NCBI GenBank assembly: GCA_950097015.1
Contig: CATNEN010000038.1
Location: 32,116,001-32,180,000 of the forward strand
Reading direction: 5' to 3'
DNA from: Macrostomum hystrix
Taxonomy: Eukaryota; Animalia; Platyhelminthes
Length of the DNA stretch: 64,000 nt
Below the pieces are notes generated by a model. The model was not told the origin of the DNA. It made no database searches and saw only the letters and a program-made list of their open reading frames with translations. The position numbers and the translations under genes were made by a program. Shown here piece by piece: positions 13,511 to 23,879 of this stretch; within the stretch, counting starts at the first letter, position 1; the number at the start of each line of letters is the position of its first letter.

Positions 13511-14009
13511 AGCATTTAATCAGTAATTGACCGATTTTAGAGATGTACTTTTAGTCAGAGGGTCTATGATTCTGTCAGCTCCGATTTTCTTTCCAATTTC
13601 TGAGAAGACAGTTTTTTCTGTCATTTAAAGTGCTTTTTTCCTAACAAAGGTGTCCCGGGGTTAATTTTTTGTCCTTTTAGCTACAAAAACCTCCACCTAG
13701 GCCATTGTTATCCAAATTTCAATAGTCTGGATTGTGCTTTTACGAGATTGCACCGCGGTTCCGATAATGGACTTTTCTTGAAAAGTTCTTCTAAAAGATT
13801 CTTTATCGGTAGCTTAACTCCTTTTGACACTATAGCTCTATTTAAATGGAACACATTTATTATTAACCGTTTTCTAAACGTGAAAAAATACATTTGTCGA
13901 TACTGGCTACTAAAATAAGTAGCTAGTGCTTTCTTAAATAAAAAATTACATCAGCACTAAAACCAATCATGGCAGTAAAGATCTATAAGAAATCCAAACT
14001 AAAAAACGG

Positions 14010-14815
14010 TCAACAAGCATCCCAAATGTCTAACAGCATCCCAAATGTCTAACAGCATCCCGAATGTCCAGGAGGATCCAAAGTGTCTAACAGCATCCCA
14101 AATTTCTAACAGCATCCCAAAGAGTCTAACAGCATCCCAAATGTCTAACAGCATCCCAAATGTCTAACAGCATCCCGAATGTCCAGGAGGATCCAAAGTG
14201 TCTAACAGCATCCCAAATTTCTAACAGCATCCCAAAGAGTCTAACAGCATCCCAAAGAGTCTAACAGCATCCCAAATATCTAACAGCATCCCAAAGAGTC
14301 TAACAGCATCCCAAAGAGTCTAACAGCATCCCAAAGAGTCTAACAGCATCCCAAAATGTCTAACAGCATCCCAAAGAGTCTAACAGCATCCCAAAGAGTC
14401 TAACAGCATCCCAAATATCTAACAGCATCCCAAAGAGTCTAACAGCATCCCAAAGAGTCTAACAGCATCCCAAAGAGTCTAACAGCATCCCAAATATCTA
14501 ACAGCATCCCAAATGTCTAACAGCATCCTAAGTGTCTAACAGCATCCCAAATGTCTAACAGCATCCCGAATGTCTAACAGGATCCAAAGTGTCTAACAGC
14601 ATCCCAAATGTCTAACAGCATCCTAAGTGTCTAACAGCATTCCAAATTTCTAACAGCATCATAAGTGTCTACCAGCATCCCAACTGTCTAACAGCATCCC
14701 AAAGAGTCTAACAGCATCCCAAAATGTCTAACAGCATCCCAAAGAGTCTAACAGCATCCCAAATATCTAACAGCATCCCAAAATGTCTAACAGCATCCCA
14801 AAATGTCTAACAGCA
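14010..14815. repeat. 19-20-bp minisatellite (TCTAACAGCATCCCAAA[A]TG/GAG)n
   Basis: Directly visible. Confidence 0.95.
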
Positions 14816-15047
14816 CCTGAAAGTCAACCCAAAGTCAACTTATTGGGCAGTCCGTACAATTTTATTCGCCTAATTTAGATAATTTTTGCTTTTTTGTGCT
14901 GAAAAAGTTAGATGCATTTCGCGCACAACAAGTTGAGTCTACTAAATTGGCGATTTTTCCTATTTTCTGCTCAATTTGGAGCAAATATGAAAAAACGCCA
15001 CTTTATAGTGATTAAGGTATGAGAAATTTTCCCATTTTTAGATGGAC

Positions 15048-15200
15048 TTTTCTCTCACAACTGTTAGAACTTCTCTCACACCTGTTAGAACTTCTCTCAC
15101 ACCTGTTAGAACTTCCCTTACACCTGTTAGAACTTCCCTCATACCTGTTAGAATTTCCCTCACACCTGTAAGGACTTCCCTTACACCTGTTACACCTGTT
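15048..15200. repeat. 21-bp tandem repeat (ACACCTGTTAGAACTTCTCTC)n
   Basis: About 7 copies, abutting the large 16-bp array. Confidence 0.85.
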
Positions 15201-18200
15201 TCATCTCACCCATGTCTTATCTCTCCCGTGTCTCATCTCTCCCGTGTCTCACCTCTCCCGTGTCTCATCTCTCCCGTGTCTCATCTCTCCTGTGTCTCAT
15301 CTCTCCCGTGTCTCGTCTCTCCCATGTCTCATCTCTCCCGTGTCTCATCTCTCCCGTGTCTCATCTCTCCCGTGTCTCATCTCTCCCGTGTCTCACCTCT
15401 CCCGTGTCTCATCTCTCCCGTGTCTCATCTCTCCTGTGTCTCATCTCTCCCGTGTCTCGTCTCTCCCATGTCTCATCTCTCCCGTGTCTCATCTCTCCCG
15501 TGTCTCATCTCTCCCGTGTCTCATCTCTCCCCTGTCTCATCTCTCCCATGTCTTATCTCTCCCCGTGTCTCATCACTCCCCGTGTCTCATCACTCCCCGT
15601 GTCTCATCACTCCCCAGTCTCATCTCTCCCGTGTCGCATCTCTCCCGTGTCTCATCTCTTCCGTGTCTCATCTCTCCCGTGTCTCATCTCTCCCGTGTCT
15701 CATCTCTCCCGTGTCTCATCTCTCCCGTGTCTCATCGCTCCCCAGTCTAATCTCTCCCATGTCTCATCTCTCCCGTGTCTCATCTCTCCCGTGTCTCATC
15801 TCTCCCGTGTCTCACCTCTCCCGTGTCTCATCTCTCCCGTGTCTCATCTCTCCTGTGTCTCATCTCTCCCGTGTCTCGTCTCTCCCATGTCTCATCTCTC
15901 CCGTGTCTCATCTCTCCCGTGTCTCATCTCTCCCGTGTCTCATCTCTCCCGTGTCTCACCTCTCCCGTGTCTCATCTCTCCCGTGTCTCATCTCTCCTGT
16001 GTCTCATCTCTCCCGTGTCTCGTCTCTCCCATGTCTCATCTCTCCCGTGTCTCATCTCTCCCGTGTCTCATCTCTCCCGTGTCTCATCTCTCCCCTGTCT
16101 CATCTCTCCCATGTCTTATCTCTCCCCGTGTCTCATCACTCCCCGTGTCTCATCACTCCCCGTGTCTCATCACTCCCCAGTCTCATCTCTCCCGTGTCGC
16201 ATCTCTCCCGTGTCTCATCTCTCCCGTGTCTCATCTCTCCCGTGTCTCATCTCTCCCGTGTCTCATCGCTCCCCAGTCTAATCTCTCCCGTGTCTCATCG
16301 CTCCCCATGTCTCATCTCTCCCGTGTCTCATCTCTCCCGTGTCTCATCGCTCCCCAGTCTAATCTCTCCCGTGTCTCATCGCTCCCCATGTCTCATCTCT
16401 CCCGTGTCTCATCTCTCCCGTGTCTCATCTCTCCCGTGTCTCATCTCTCCCGTGTCTCATCTCTCCCGTGTCTCATCTCTCCCCAGTCTCATCTCTCCCG
16501 TGTCTCATCGCTCCCCAGTCTCATCTCTCCCGTGTCTCATCGCTCCCCAGTCTCATCTCTCCCGTGTCTCATCGCTCCCCATGTCTCATCTCTCCCGTGT
16601 CTCATCTCTCCCGTGTCTCATCTCTCCCGTGTCTCATCGCTCCCCAGTCTAATCTCTCCCGTGTCTCACCTCTCCCGTGTCTCATCTCTCCCGTGTCTCA
16701 TCTCTCCTGTGTCTCATCTCTCCCGTGTCTCATCTCTCCCGTGTCTCATCTCTCCCGTGTCTCATCGCTCCCCAGTCTAATCTCTCCCGTGTCTCACCTC
16801 TCCCGTGTCTCATCTCTCCCGTGTCTCATCTCTCCTGTGTCTCATCTCTCCCGTGTCTCGTCTCTCCCATGTCTCATCTCTCCCGTGTCTCATCTCTCCC
16901 GTGTCTCATCTCTCCCGTGTCTCATCTCTCCCCTGTCTCATCTCTCCCATGTCTTATCTCTCCCCGTGTCTCATCACTCCCCGTGTCTCATCACTCCCCG
17001 TGTCTCATCACTCCCCAGTCTCATCTCTCCCGTGTCGCATCTCTCCCGTGTCTCATCTCTCCCGTGTCTCATCTCTCCCGTGTCTCATCTCTCCCGTGTC
17101 TCATCTCTCCCCAGTCTCATCTCTCCCGTGTCTCATCGCTCCCCAGTCTCATCTCTCCCGTGTCTCATCTCTCCCGTGTCTCATCGCTCCCCAGTCTAAT
17201 CTCTCCCGTGTCTCATCGCTCCCCATGTCTCATCTCTCCCGTGTCTCATCTCTCCCGTGTCTCATCTCTCCCGTGTCTCATCTCTCCCGTGTCTCATCTC
17301 TCCCCAGTCTCATCTCTCCCGTGTCTCATCGCTCCCCAGTCTCATCTCTCCCGTGTCTCATCGCTCCCCATGTCTCATCTCTCCCGTGTCTCATCTCTCC
17401 TGTGTCTCATCTCTCCCGTGTCTCGTCTCTCCCATGTCTCATCTCTCCCGTGTCTCATCTCTCCCGTGTCTCATCTCTCCCGTGTCTCATCTCTCCCCTG
17501 TCTCATCTCTCCCATGTCTTATCTCTCCCCGTGTCTCATCACTCCCCGTGTCTCATCACTCCCCGTGTCTCATCACTCCCCAGTCTCATCTCTCCCGTGT
17601 CGCATCTCTCCCGTGTCTCATCTCTCCCGTGTCTCATCTCTCCCGTGTCTCATCTCTCCCGTGTCTCATCGCTCCCCAGTCTAATCTCTCCCGTGTCTCA
17701 TCGCTCCCCATGTCTCATCTCTCCCGTGTCTCATCTCTCCCGTGTCTCATCGCTCCCCAGTCTAATCTCTCCCGTGTCTCATCGCTCCCCATGTCTCATC
17801 TCTCCCGTGTCTCATCTCTCCCGTGTCTCATCTCTCCCGTGTCTCATCTCTCCCGTGTCTCATCTCTCCCGTGTCTCATCTCTCCCCAGTCTCATCTCTC
17901 CCGTGTCTCATCGCTCCCCAGTCTCATCTCTCCCGTGTCTCATCGCTCCCCAGTCTCATCTCTCCCGTGTCTCATCGCTCCCCATGTCTCATCTCTCCCG
18001 TGTCTCATCTCTCCCGTGTCTCATCTCTCCCGTGTCTCATCGCTCCCCAGTCTAATCTCTCCCGTGTCTCACCTCTCCCGTGTCTCATCTCTCCCGTGTC
18101 TCATCTCTCCTGTGTCTCATCTCTCCCGTGTCTCATCTCTCCCGTGTCTCATCTCTCCCGTGTCTCATCGCTCCCCAGTCTAATCTCTCCCGTGTCTCAC

Positions 18201-19672
18201 CTCTCCCGTGTCTCATCTCTCCCGTGTCTCATCTCTCCTGTGTCTCATCTCTCCCGTGTCTCGTCTCTCCCATGTCTCATCTCTCCCGTGTCTCATCTCT
18301 CCCGTGTCTCATCTCTCCCGTGTCTCATCTCTCCCCTGTCTCATCTCTCCCATGTCTTATCTCTCCCCGTGTCTCATCACTCCCCGTGTCTCATCACTCC
18401 CCGTGTCTCATCACTCCCCAGTCTCATCTCTCCCGTGTCGCATCTCTCCCGTGTCTCATCTCTCCCGTGTCTCATCTCTCCCGTGTCTCATCTCTCCCGT
18501 GTCTCATCTCTCCCCAGTCTCATCTCTCCCGTGTCTCATCGCTCCCCAGTCTCATCTCTCCCGTGTCTCATCTCTCCCGTGTCTCATCGCTCCCCAGTCT
18601 AATCTCTCCCGTGTCTCATCGCTCCCCATGTCTCATCTCTCCCGTGTCTCATCTCTCCCGTGTCTCATCTCTCCCGTGTCTCATCTCTCCCGTGTCTCAT
18701 CTCTCCCCAGTCTCATCTCTCCCGTGTCTCATCGCTCCCCAGTCTCATCTCTCCCGTGTCTCATCGCTCCCCATGTCTCATCTCTCCCGTGTCTCATCTC
18801 TCCTGTGTCTCATCTCTCCCGTGTCTCGTCTCTCCCATGTCTCATCTCTCCCGTGTCTCATCTCTCCCGTGTCTCATCTCTCCCGTGTCTCATCTCTCCC
18901 CTGTCTCATCTCTCCCATGTCTTATCTCTCCCCGTGTCTCATCACTCCCCGTGTCTCATCACTCCCCGTGTCTCATCACTCCCCAGTCTCATCTCTCCCG
19001 TGTCGCATCTCTCCCGTGTCTCATCTCTCCCGTGTCTCATCTCTCCCGTGTCTCATCTCTCCCGTGTCTCATCGCTCCCCAGTCTAATCTCTCCCGTGTC
19101 TCATCGCTCCCCATGTCTCATCTCTCCCGTGTCTCATCTCTCCCGTGTCTCATCGCTCCCCAGTCTAATCTCTCCCGTGTCTCATCGCTCCCCATGTCTC
19201 ATCTCTCCCGTGTCTCATCTCTCCCGTGTCTCATCTCTCCCGTGTCTCATCTCTCCCGTGTCTCACCTCTCCCGTGTCTCACCTCTCCCGTGTCTCATCG
19301 CTCCCCAGTCTCATCTCTCCCGTGTCTCATCGCTCCCCAGTCTCATCTCTCCCGTGTCTCATCGCTCCCCATGTCTCATCTCTCCCGTGTCTCATCTCTC
19401 CCGTGTCTCATCTCTCCCGTGTCTCATCGCTCCCCAGTCTAATCTCTCCCGTGTCTCATCGCTCCCCATGTCTCATCTCTCCCGTGTCTCATCTCTCCCG
19501 TGTCTCATCGCTCCCCAGTCTAATCTCTCCCGTGTCTCATCGCTCCCCATGTCTCATCTCTCCCGTGTCTCATCTCTCCCGTGTCTCATCGCTGCCCGTG
19601 TCTCATCTCTCCCGTGTCTCATCTCTCCCCAGTCTCATCTCTCCCGTGTCTCATCGCTGCCCTGTCTCATCT
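15196..19672. repeat. 4.5-kb array of 16-bp satellite (TCTCATCTCTCCCGTG)n with higher-order structure
   Basis: Reverse complement of the 2830-4400 and 6880-7730 unit. Identical ORF pairs offset by 1403 bp (16420/17823, 16677/18080) show a higher-order repeat. Confidence 0.97.
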
Positions 19673-20157
19673 ATAATATATTAGTGATTGTAGCAAAGTG
19701 TGTATTATTTGTCAGAATTGTCGAATATCTCGACGTTCCAGCGAGCTGGCGACTAGATTTTAGTTTAAACAAATTTCACAGTTGGTTACTGTCGAACAGC
19801 AAGTTGGACCTGTGTACGGCATTAAGACTATGGCGGCTGAAGTCAAGACTTGATAAAGACGGTATGTGCACATTTTCGGCCATTGATTTTCAGGCCACAT
19901 TGGGCAGATAATTGATCTTAGAATAGAAGTGAACCAAAAATACAGTAGGCGTGCTTCCATAGTGCAAGAAAATTTTCTTTCTCCATTTCCTGAGCTGTTT
20001 GGCCGTGCTATCAATTTAGCAATTATGTCTCCGCAGCAATCATCTCTGTCACACCTGCCGCAGTCTTTTGAAGCACCATGTGGGGGGGGATTTTTCATTC
20101 GCCACCAGTCGGAAAGCAAACGTTTTTCCATGTTTAGCCGCCCCCGCTTCGAATGCA

Positions 20158-20165
20158 GTATAAAG
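20158..20165 (+). promoter_or_regulatory. TATA box of the prepropeptide gene
   Basis: GTATAAAG ~90 bp upstream of the ATG at 20252; an AATAAA lies at ~20653, after the stop codon. Confidence 0.55.
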
Positions 20166-20251
20166 CCAGCGACTGCGAGCCGCTTTTGAGAAGCAGGTTC
20201 TTGCAATTCAACTTTCGACTCCGTTCATCGACTGGCAGCATTAAGAAAGCC

Positions 20252-20621
20252 ATGCTACTAGCACCGTTGCTATGCGCTCTGGCCCTGTGCATGCCAATGC
20301 CCGGATTGACCAAGTGTAGTAAGCACTCTCGCATCTAATGTCTATGGTAATAATTGTAACTAACTTGGCTTTCGCTCATTCATTTCAGCAGGGGCCGCAG
20401 ATTTCTACATCAACAACGAGCAGACGGAGGTTGAACGCGAGCCGAGCGATTCGTCCGTCTCGGAGCTGATTATCGGCGAAGCGAGCGTCGACTGGCTGAT
20501 TCGGCGCCTACTGGCTAGTCGCCAACGGCAGGTCGACAGGATGCGGACGGTGTTGAAATCATCGCCACGGCTGGCGGTTCATCCGAGAATCAGGCGAATC
20601 TTTAGTAGATTCAGGATTTAG
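20252..20621 (+). CDS. Two-exon secreted prepropeptide, 99 aa (exons 20252-20318 and 20389-20621)
   Basis: MLLAPLLCALALCMPMPGLTKC|TGAADFYINNEQTEVEREPSDSSVSELIIGEASVDWLIRRLLASRQRQVDRMRTVLKSSPRLAVHPRIRRIFSRFRI*. The 70-nt intron has GTAAGC, an ACTAAC branch site and TTTCAG. Spliced CDS is exactly 300 nt, with a hydrophobic N-terminus, TATA box and polyA signal. Confidence 0.75.
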
Positions 20622-21440
20622 CTCACGAATGACACTCAACACCAGGCTTTGGAATAAAATGTTAAACAGCTTACAATTTTGAATTCGATTTTTTCAATCC
20701 TAAAAACAATGGCAACTATTATAGTACAGTTGCACAGTTGTCAAAGAAATAAATAAAATTTAGTAACAACAAGCGGCTAATATATCTATTGATTCGGGCA
20801 TAACGTGTTTGGTGCTTTCTTATTCTGCTTTCGTGTAAAACAAGCGTGGATGAAAGTTAGAAAATGTTAACCAACCCAGTATAGTTTAACAGTAGAAAGA
20901 CCCCAGTCGTGTTCAAACTACTCCAGGATGGCTCCCAAACCTAATTATCCACCAAATAGATCTAATTTTTCTGTCCTTTACAATAAGAAATTTTTTTTAA
21001 GTCGCTTGACGTCAGCATCGTCTAGATGTTCAGCGGCTTTTGTCGAAGACCTTAGTGACAAGGGCAACTAGCATTTCTCTGTATAAACCTCGACTATGGT
21101 GAATCCATATTGGTTTAATAATCTGTCGTAGGGCCTTCCGGAGCATCGGCGGCGACCATCAGAACCGTCAACAGAAGTACCCGTTCGGCATCTCAAAGAC
21201 GGCTGCGTTCCGACGCTGGAAGTCCCGACACGACATGACATTAGTTTGTGGAGCCGACGTGGTTTGATGATAAGATTTGAGATTTTTCGTCAAGTTCATT
21301 GATCACGATGAGATTACTCTGTCGAAACCCATTGAATATCTTGACGATGTCAATGTTTTGAGATTCGGGAAGTTGTTTCATTAGATAGAAAGGATAAAAT
21401 TTATCCCGAGTGTTCTGAATTTTCATCGCGATTAGTTAAA

Positions 21441-22977
21441 TATACATTTTAACAATTTTTTGGACATAAGTGAAGTTTATTTAGTCCTTGGCCAGCTCAG
21501 TCCTAGAAAAGTGAGTTTGATTTAGTCAGCACTCGGGGTTTACCGTAGACAATAGTAAAGAAATGATATCGATTTAGTCCCTCTAAATCTGTCTTTTGTA
21601 ACTTTTATTAGGTCAAAGTGAATTTCATTTATTCCCCAGTTGGATTGGCCCATAGACCAGATAAATGTATTTATTTGGCCGTTGAAATTTATCTGGCCGG
21701 GACAGATAAACATTTATCTGGTCCGGTGACAATTATCTGGCTTCAACTGGGGAATAAATACATTATCACCCACTTGTTTGACTTATCTATGGCCGAAAAC
21801 GTCTTCGGACATCGTTTCTTGGCCGAGGCGAAGCTTCAGCCGTTCCCGGCCAAAATAAATAAAAAAAGTGGGTGATAACTTATACTTAGTCGTTGTAGCC
21901 ATGAGACGAAAGCTTAAACAAGAGCAACACAAACCAAAAACTTTTGGTGTCACGACACTTCCCCTTTTCAATTTAATCAACACTGCAGTCTTCCATGGCA
22001 ATGCAGCGGGGTATGTACCGAAGGCTCTGACGATGCCAGGCTTCGCAGTGAGGCCGTGTGACAGCTGCCATACTCGCCTCCAGTTCGCGCTCAAGAATGC
22101 GGGCGCGGTGTTCTTGTAGATAATTGATGCCAAGTGCGTTGGCAGCGTTCCTGTCGCCTAGCTGCCGCATGTCATTGAGCGTCATGGGGGGTGTTTCACC
22201 AAAAAATTCAACAGGGCTGTCGAGCATAGCTTCAGTTAAATGCTTTTGGCTTATTTCCTCCTCGTCTCAATGCCGGAACGCGTCCACTTTGTTCGTATTT
22301 AACGATAACATTTCTGGCAGACTGACGTGGAATGTTTAGCTGTCTCGCTACATGTAGTTGCTGCCAATCGACATTGCCAAAAAGGCGTCGATGAGTCTTC
22401 GCCGGTCCTGCTCAGAGATTGTAAATCTGCGAATGTCTACAGCTGCCGCCATGATGACTAAATAAAATTCACTTTGACTAAAATCAAGTCATGGAACGGT
22501 TTAAAAACGCGGCACTTGACTAAATCGATTTCATTTATCCCCCACTTGTCCCGGTCAAATAAGTCTATGGTCTAGTGTAGAAGCATTTATTCGTCCCGGA
22601 CGAGGAAACGATTTATTTGGAACCGTTTCGATCAGAACCATAGACTGTTGAGCTATAGATCTTTTTTTCCACAAGACCGAGCCAAGTTGGGGAAAAATAC
22701 TATCTCCCCCGTTAATTCATTCGTCTATGGCCAGAACGACTTCAAACTCGTTTCTCTGGCCTCGGCTGCGCCTCGGCCGAGAAACAAGTTCTCATAGTTG
22801 TTCTGACGGCCACAGATAGGTACCGGTAAATGACTAAACGGGAGAGATTATATACTTCTTTACTATTGTCTACGGTAAACTCCGAGTGCTGACTAAATCA
22901 AACTCACTTTTCTAGGACTGAGCTGGCCAAGGACTAAATAAACTTCACTTATGTCCAAAAAATTGTTAAAAGGTATA
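21441..22977. mobile_element. Non-autonomous composite DNA element with ~120-bp terminal inverted repeats
   Basis: 21441-21562 (TATACATTTTAACAATTTTTTGGACATAAG...AGTAAAGAA) is the reverse complement of ~22857-22977 with ~2 mismatches. Both ends are TATA (possible TA TSD). Confidence 0.9.
21973..22452 (-). pseudogene. Internally deleted, frameshifted Tc1/IS630-like transposase
   Basis: N-terminal HTH-like ISEQDRRRLIDAF...VARQLNIPRQSARNVIVKYEQSGRVPALRRGGNKPK (after frameshifts) is joined to a Tc1-like C-terminal tail CEAWHRQSLRYIPRCIAMED. No DDE core is present. Confidence 0.65.
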
Positions 22978-23879
22978 GTTAGGGAGATACAGAAAAGAAG
23001 AAAAATGTGGGCATTCGAAATAGCCGGTCATTTTTTTAGTTTTTTTAGCTTGTCCATCAAGAAGCTAGCATTTTGCTATAGTCTATGGTATATAACGAGG
23101 TTGATTTGAAATTAATATATGACGTAATAACATTTAGCAGCAGCAAAAACTAAACCAAAAACAAAAACAAAGACTAAAGCAAGGTTAAATGTGATATACA
23201 ATAAAAAGCTGATTGCAGTCGATACTTAAAAGCCAAAAAAACTCTAATAAGAAAACGCCAATATCAGATTTGATAGCATTAGAAAAAATCACAAACAGTT
23301 AAACTTATTTTTTTTGTTTATAAAAACTATTGCTACGTCGGTTGCTTTGAGTCGACAACGAGACCCAGGACAAAAAGAGCGTAAAATTAAAAGCAAACTG
23401 ATAAGCAGGTGAGGGATTATATAAAAAGTAAGCATTCAAAGCTTTACTATAATTTAAGGCGGATAAGGCAATGTAACATAATTAAAACCTGTTTGCTAAA
23501 CCAAACATCGACTAGAGTTGTGTACGTCAAATTGCGAGATCAATAATCGTTTGTATTAGACAAGCAAAATAAGGCGAGCGTTTTTTGGGGTCATGGCGAC
23601 CTTGGAAATCACCCGATCGTTTCTATTGGCTGCAGGCGCAAGTAAGCTGCAATTGGCTCAGAGCTAAGCTGGCACATGACGATGTTTGAGCCAATAGGAA
23701 TGACCGAGTGAATCAAGCTTCGCGTTTTTGGTTCGGTAAATATTTATTACTCATATATATAAATAGATATATATATATATAACTTCATGTATTAGGTCAT
23801 TGCATTCTGCGATACATATCTACTCATCGTTGAGTTCAATTCAACAGTACAAGAGCGTGAACTCTCCACTCATGGCTGA

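Noticed and set aside
2706-19911. Many long SHLSRVSSLPCLISP ORFs
   Set aside because: They are translations of the 16-bp satellite, which lacks stops on one strand; the same peptide appears in all three frames.
19760-20206. 148-aa minus-strand ORF
   Set aside because: No recognisable motif or splice context, and it overlaps the promoter of the better-supported peptide gene.
21050-21426. Coding-looking stretch next to the TIR element
   Set aside because: Short frames with stops and no recognisable domain; it could be a decayed element but I cannot support that.
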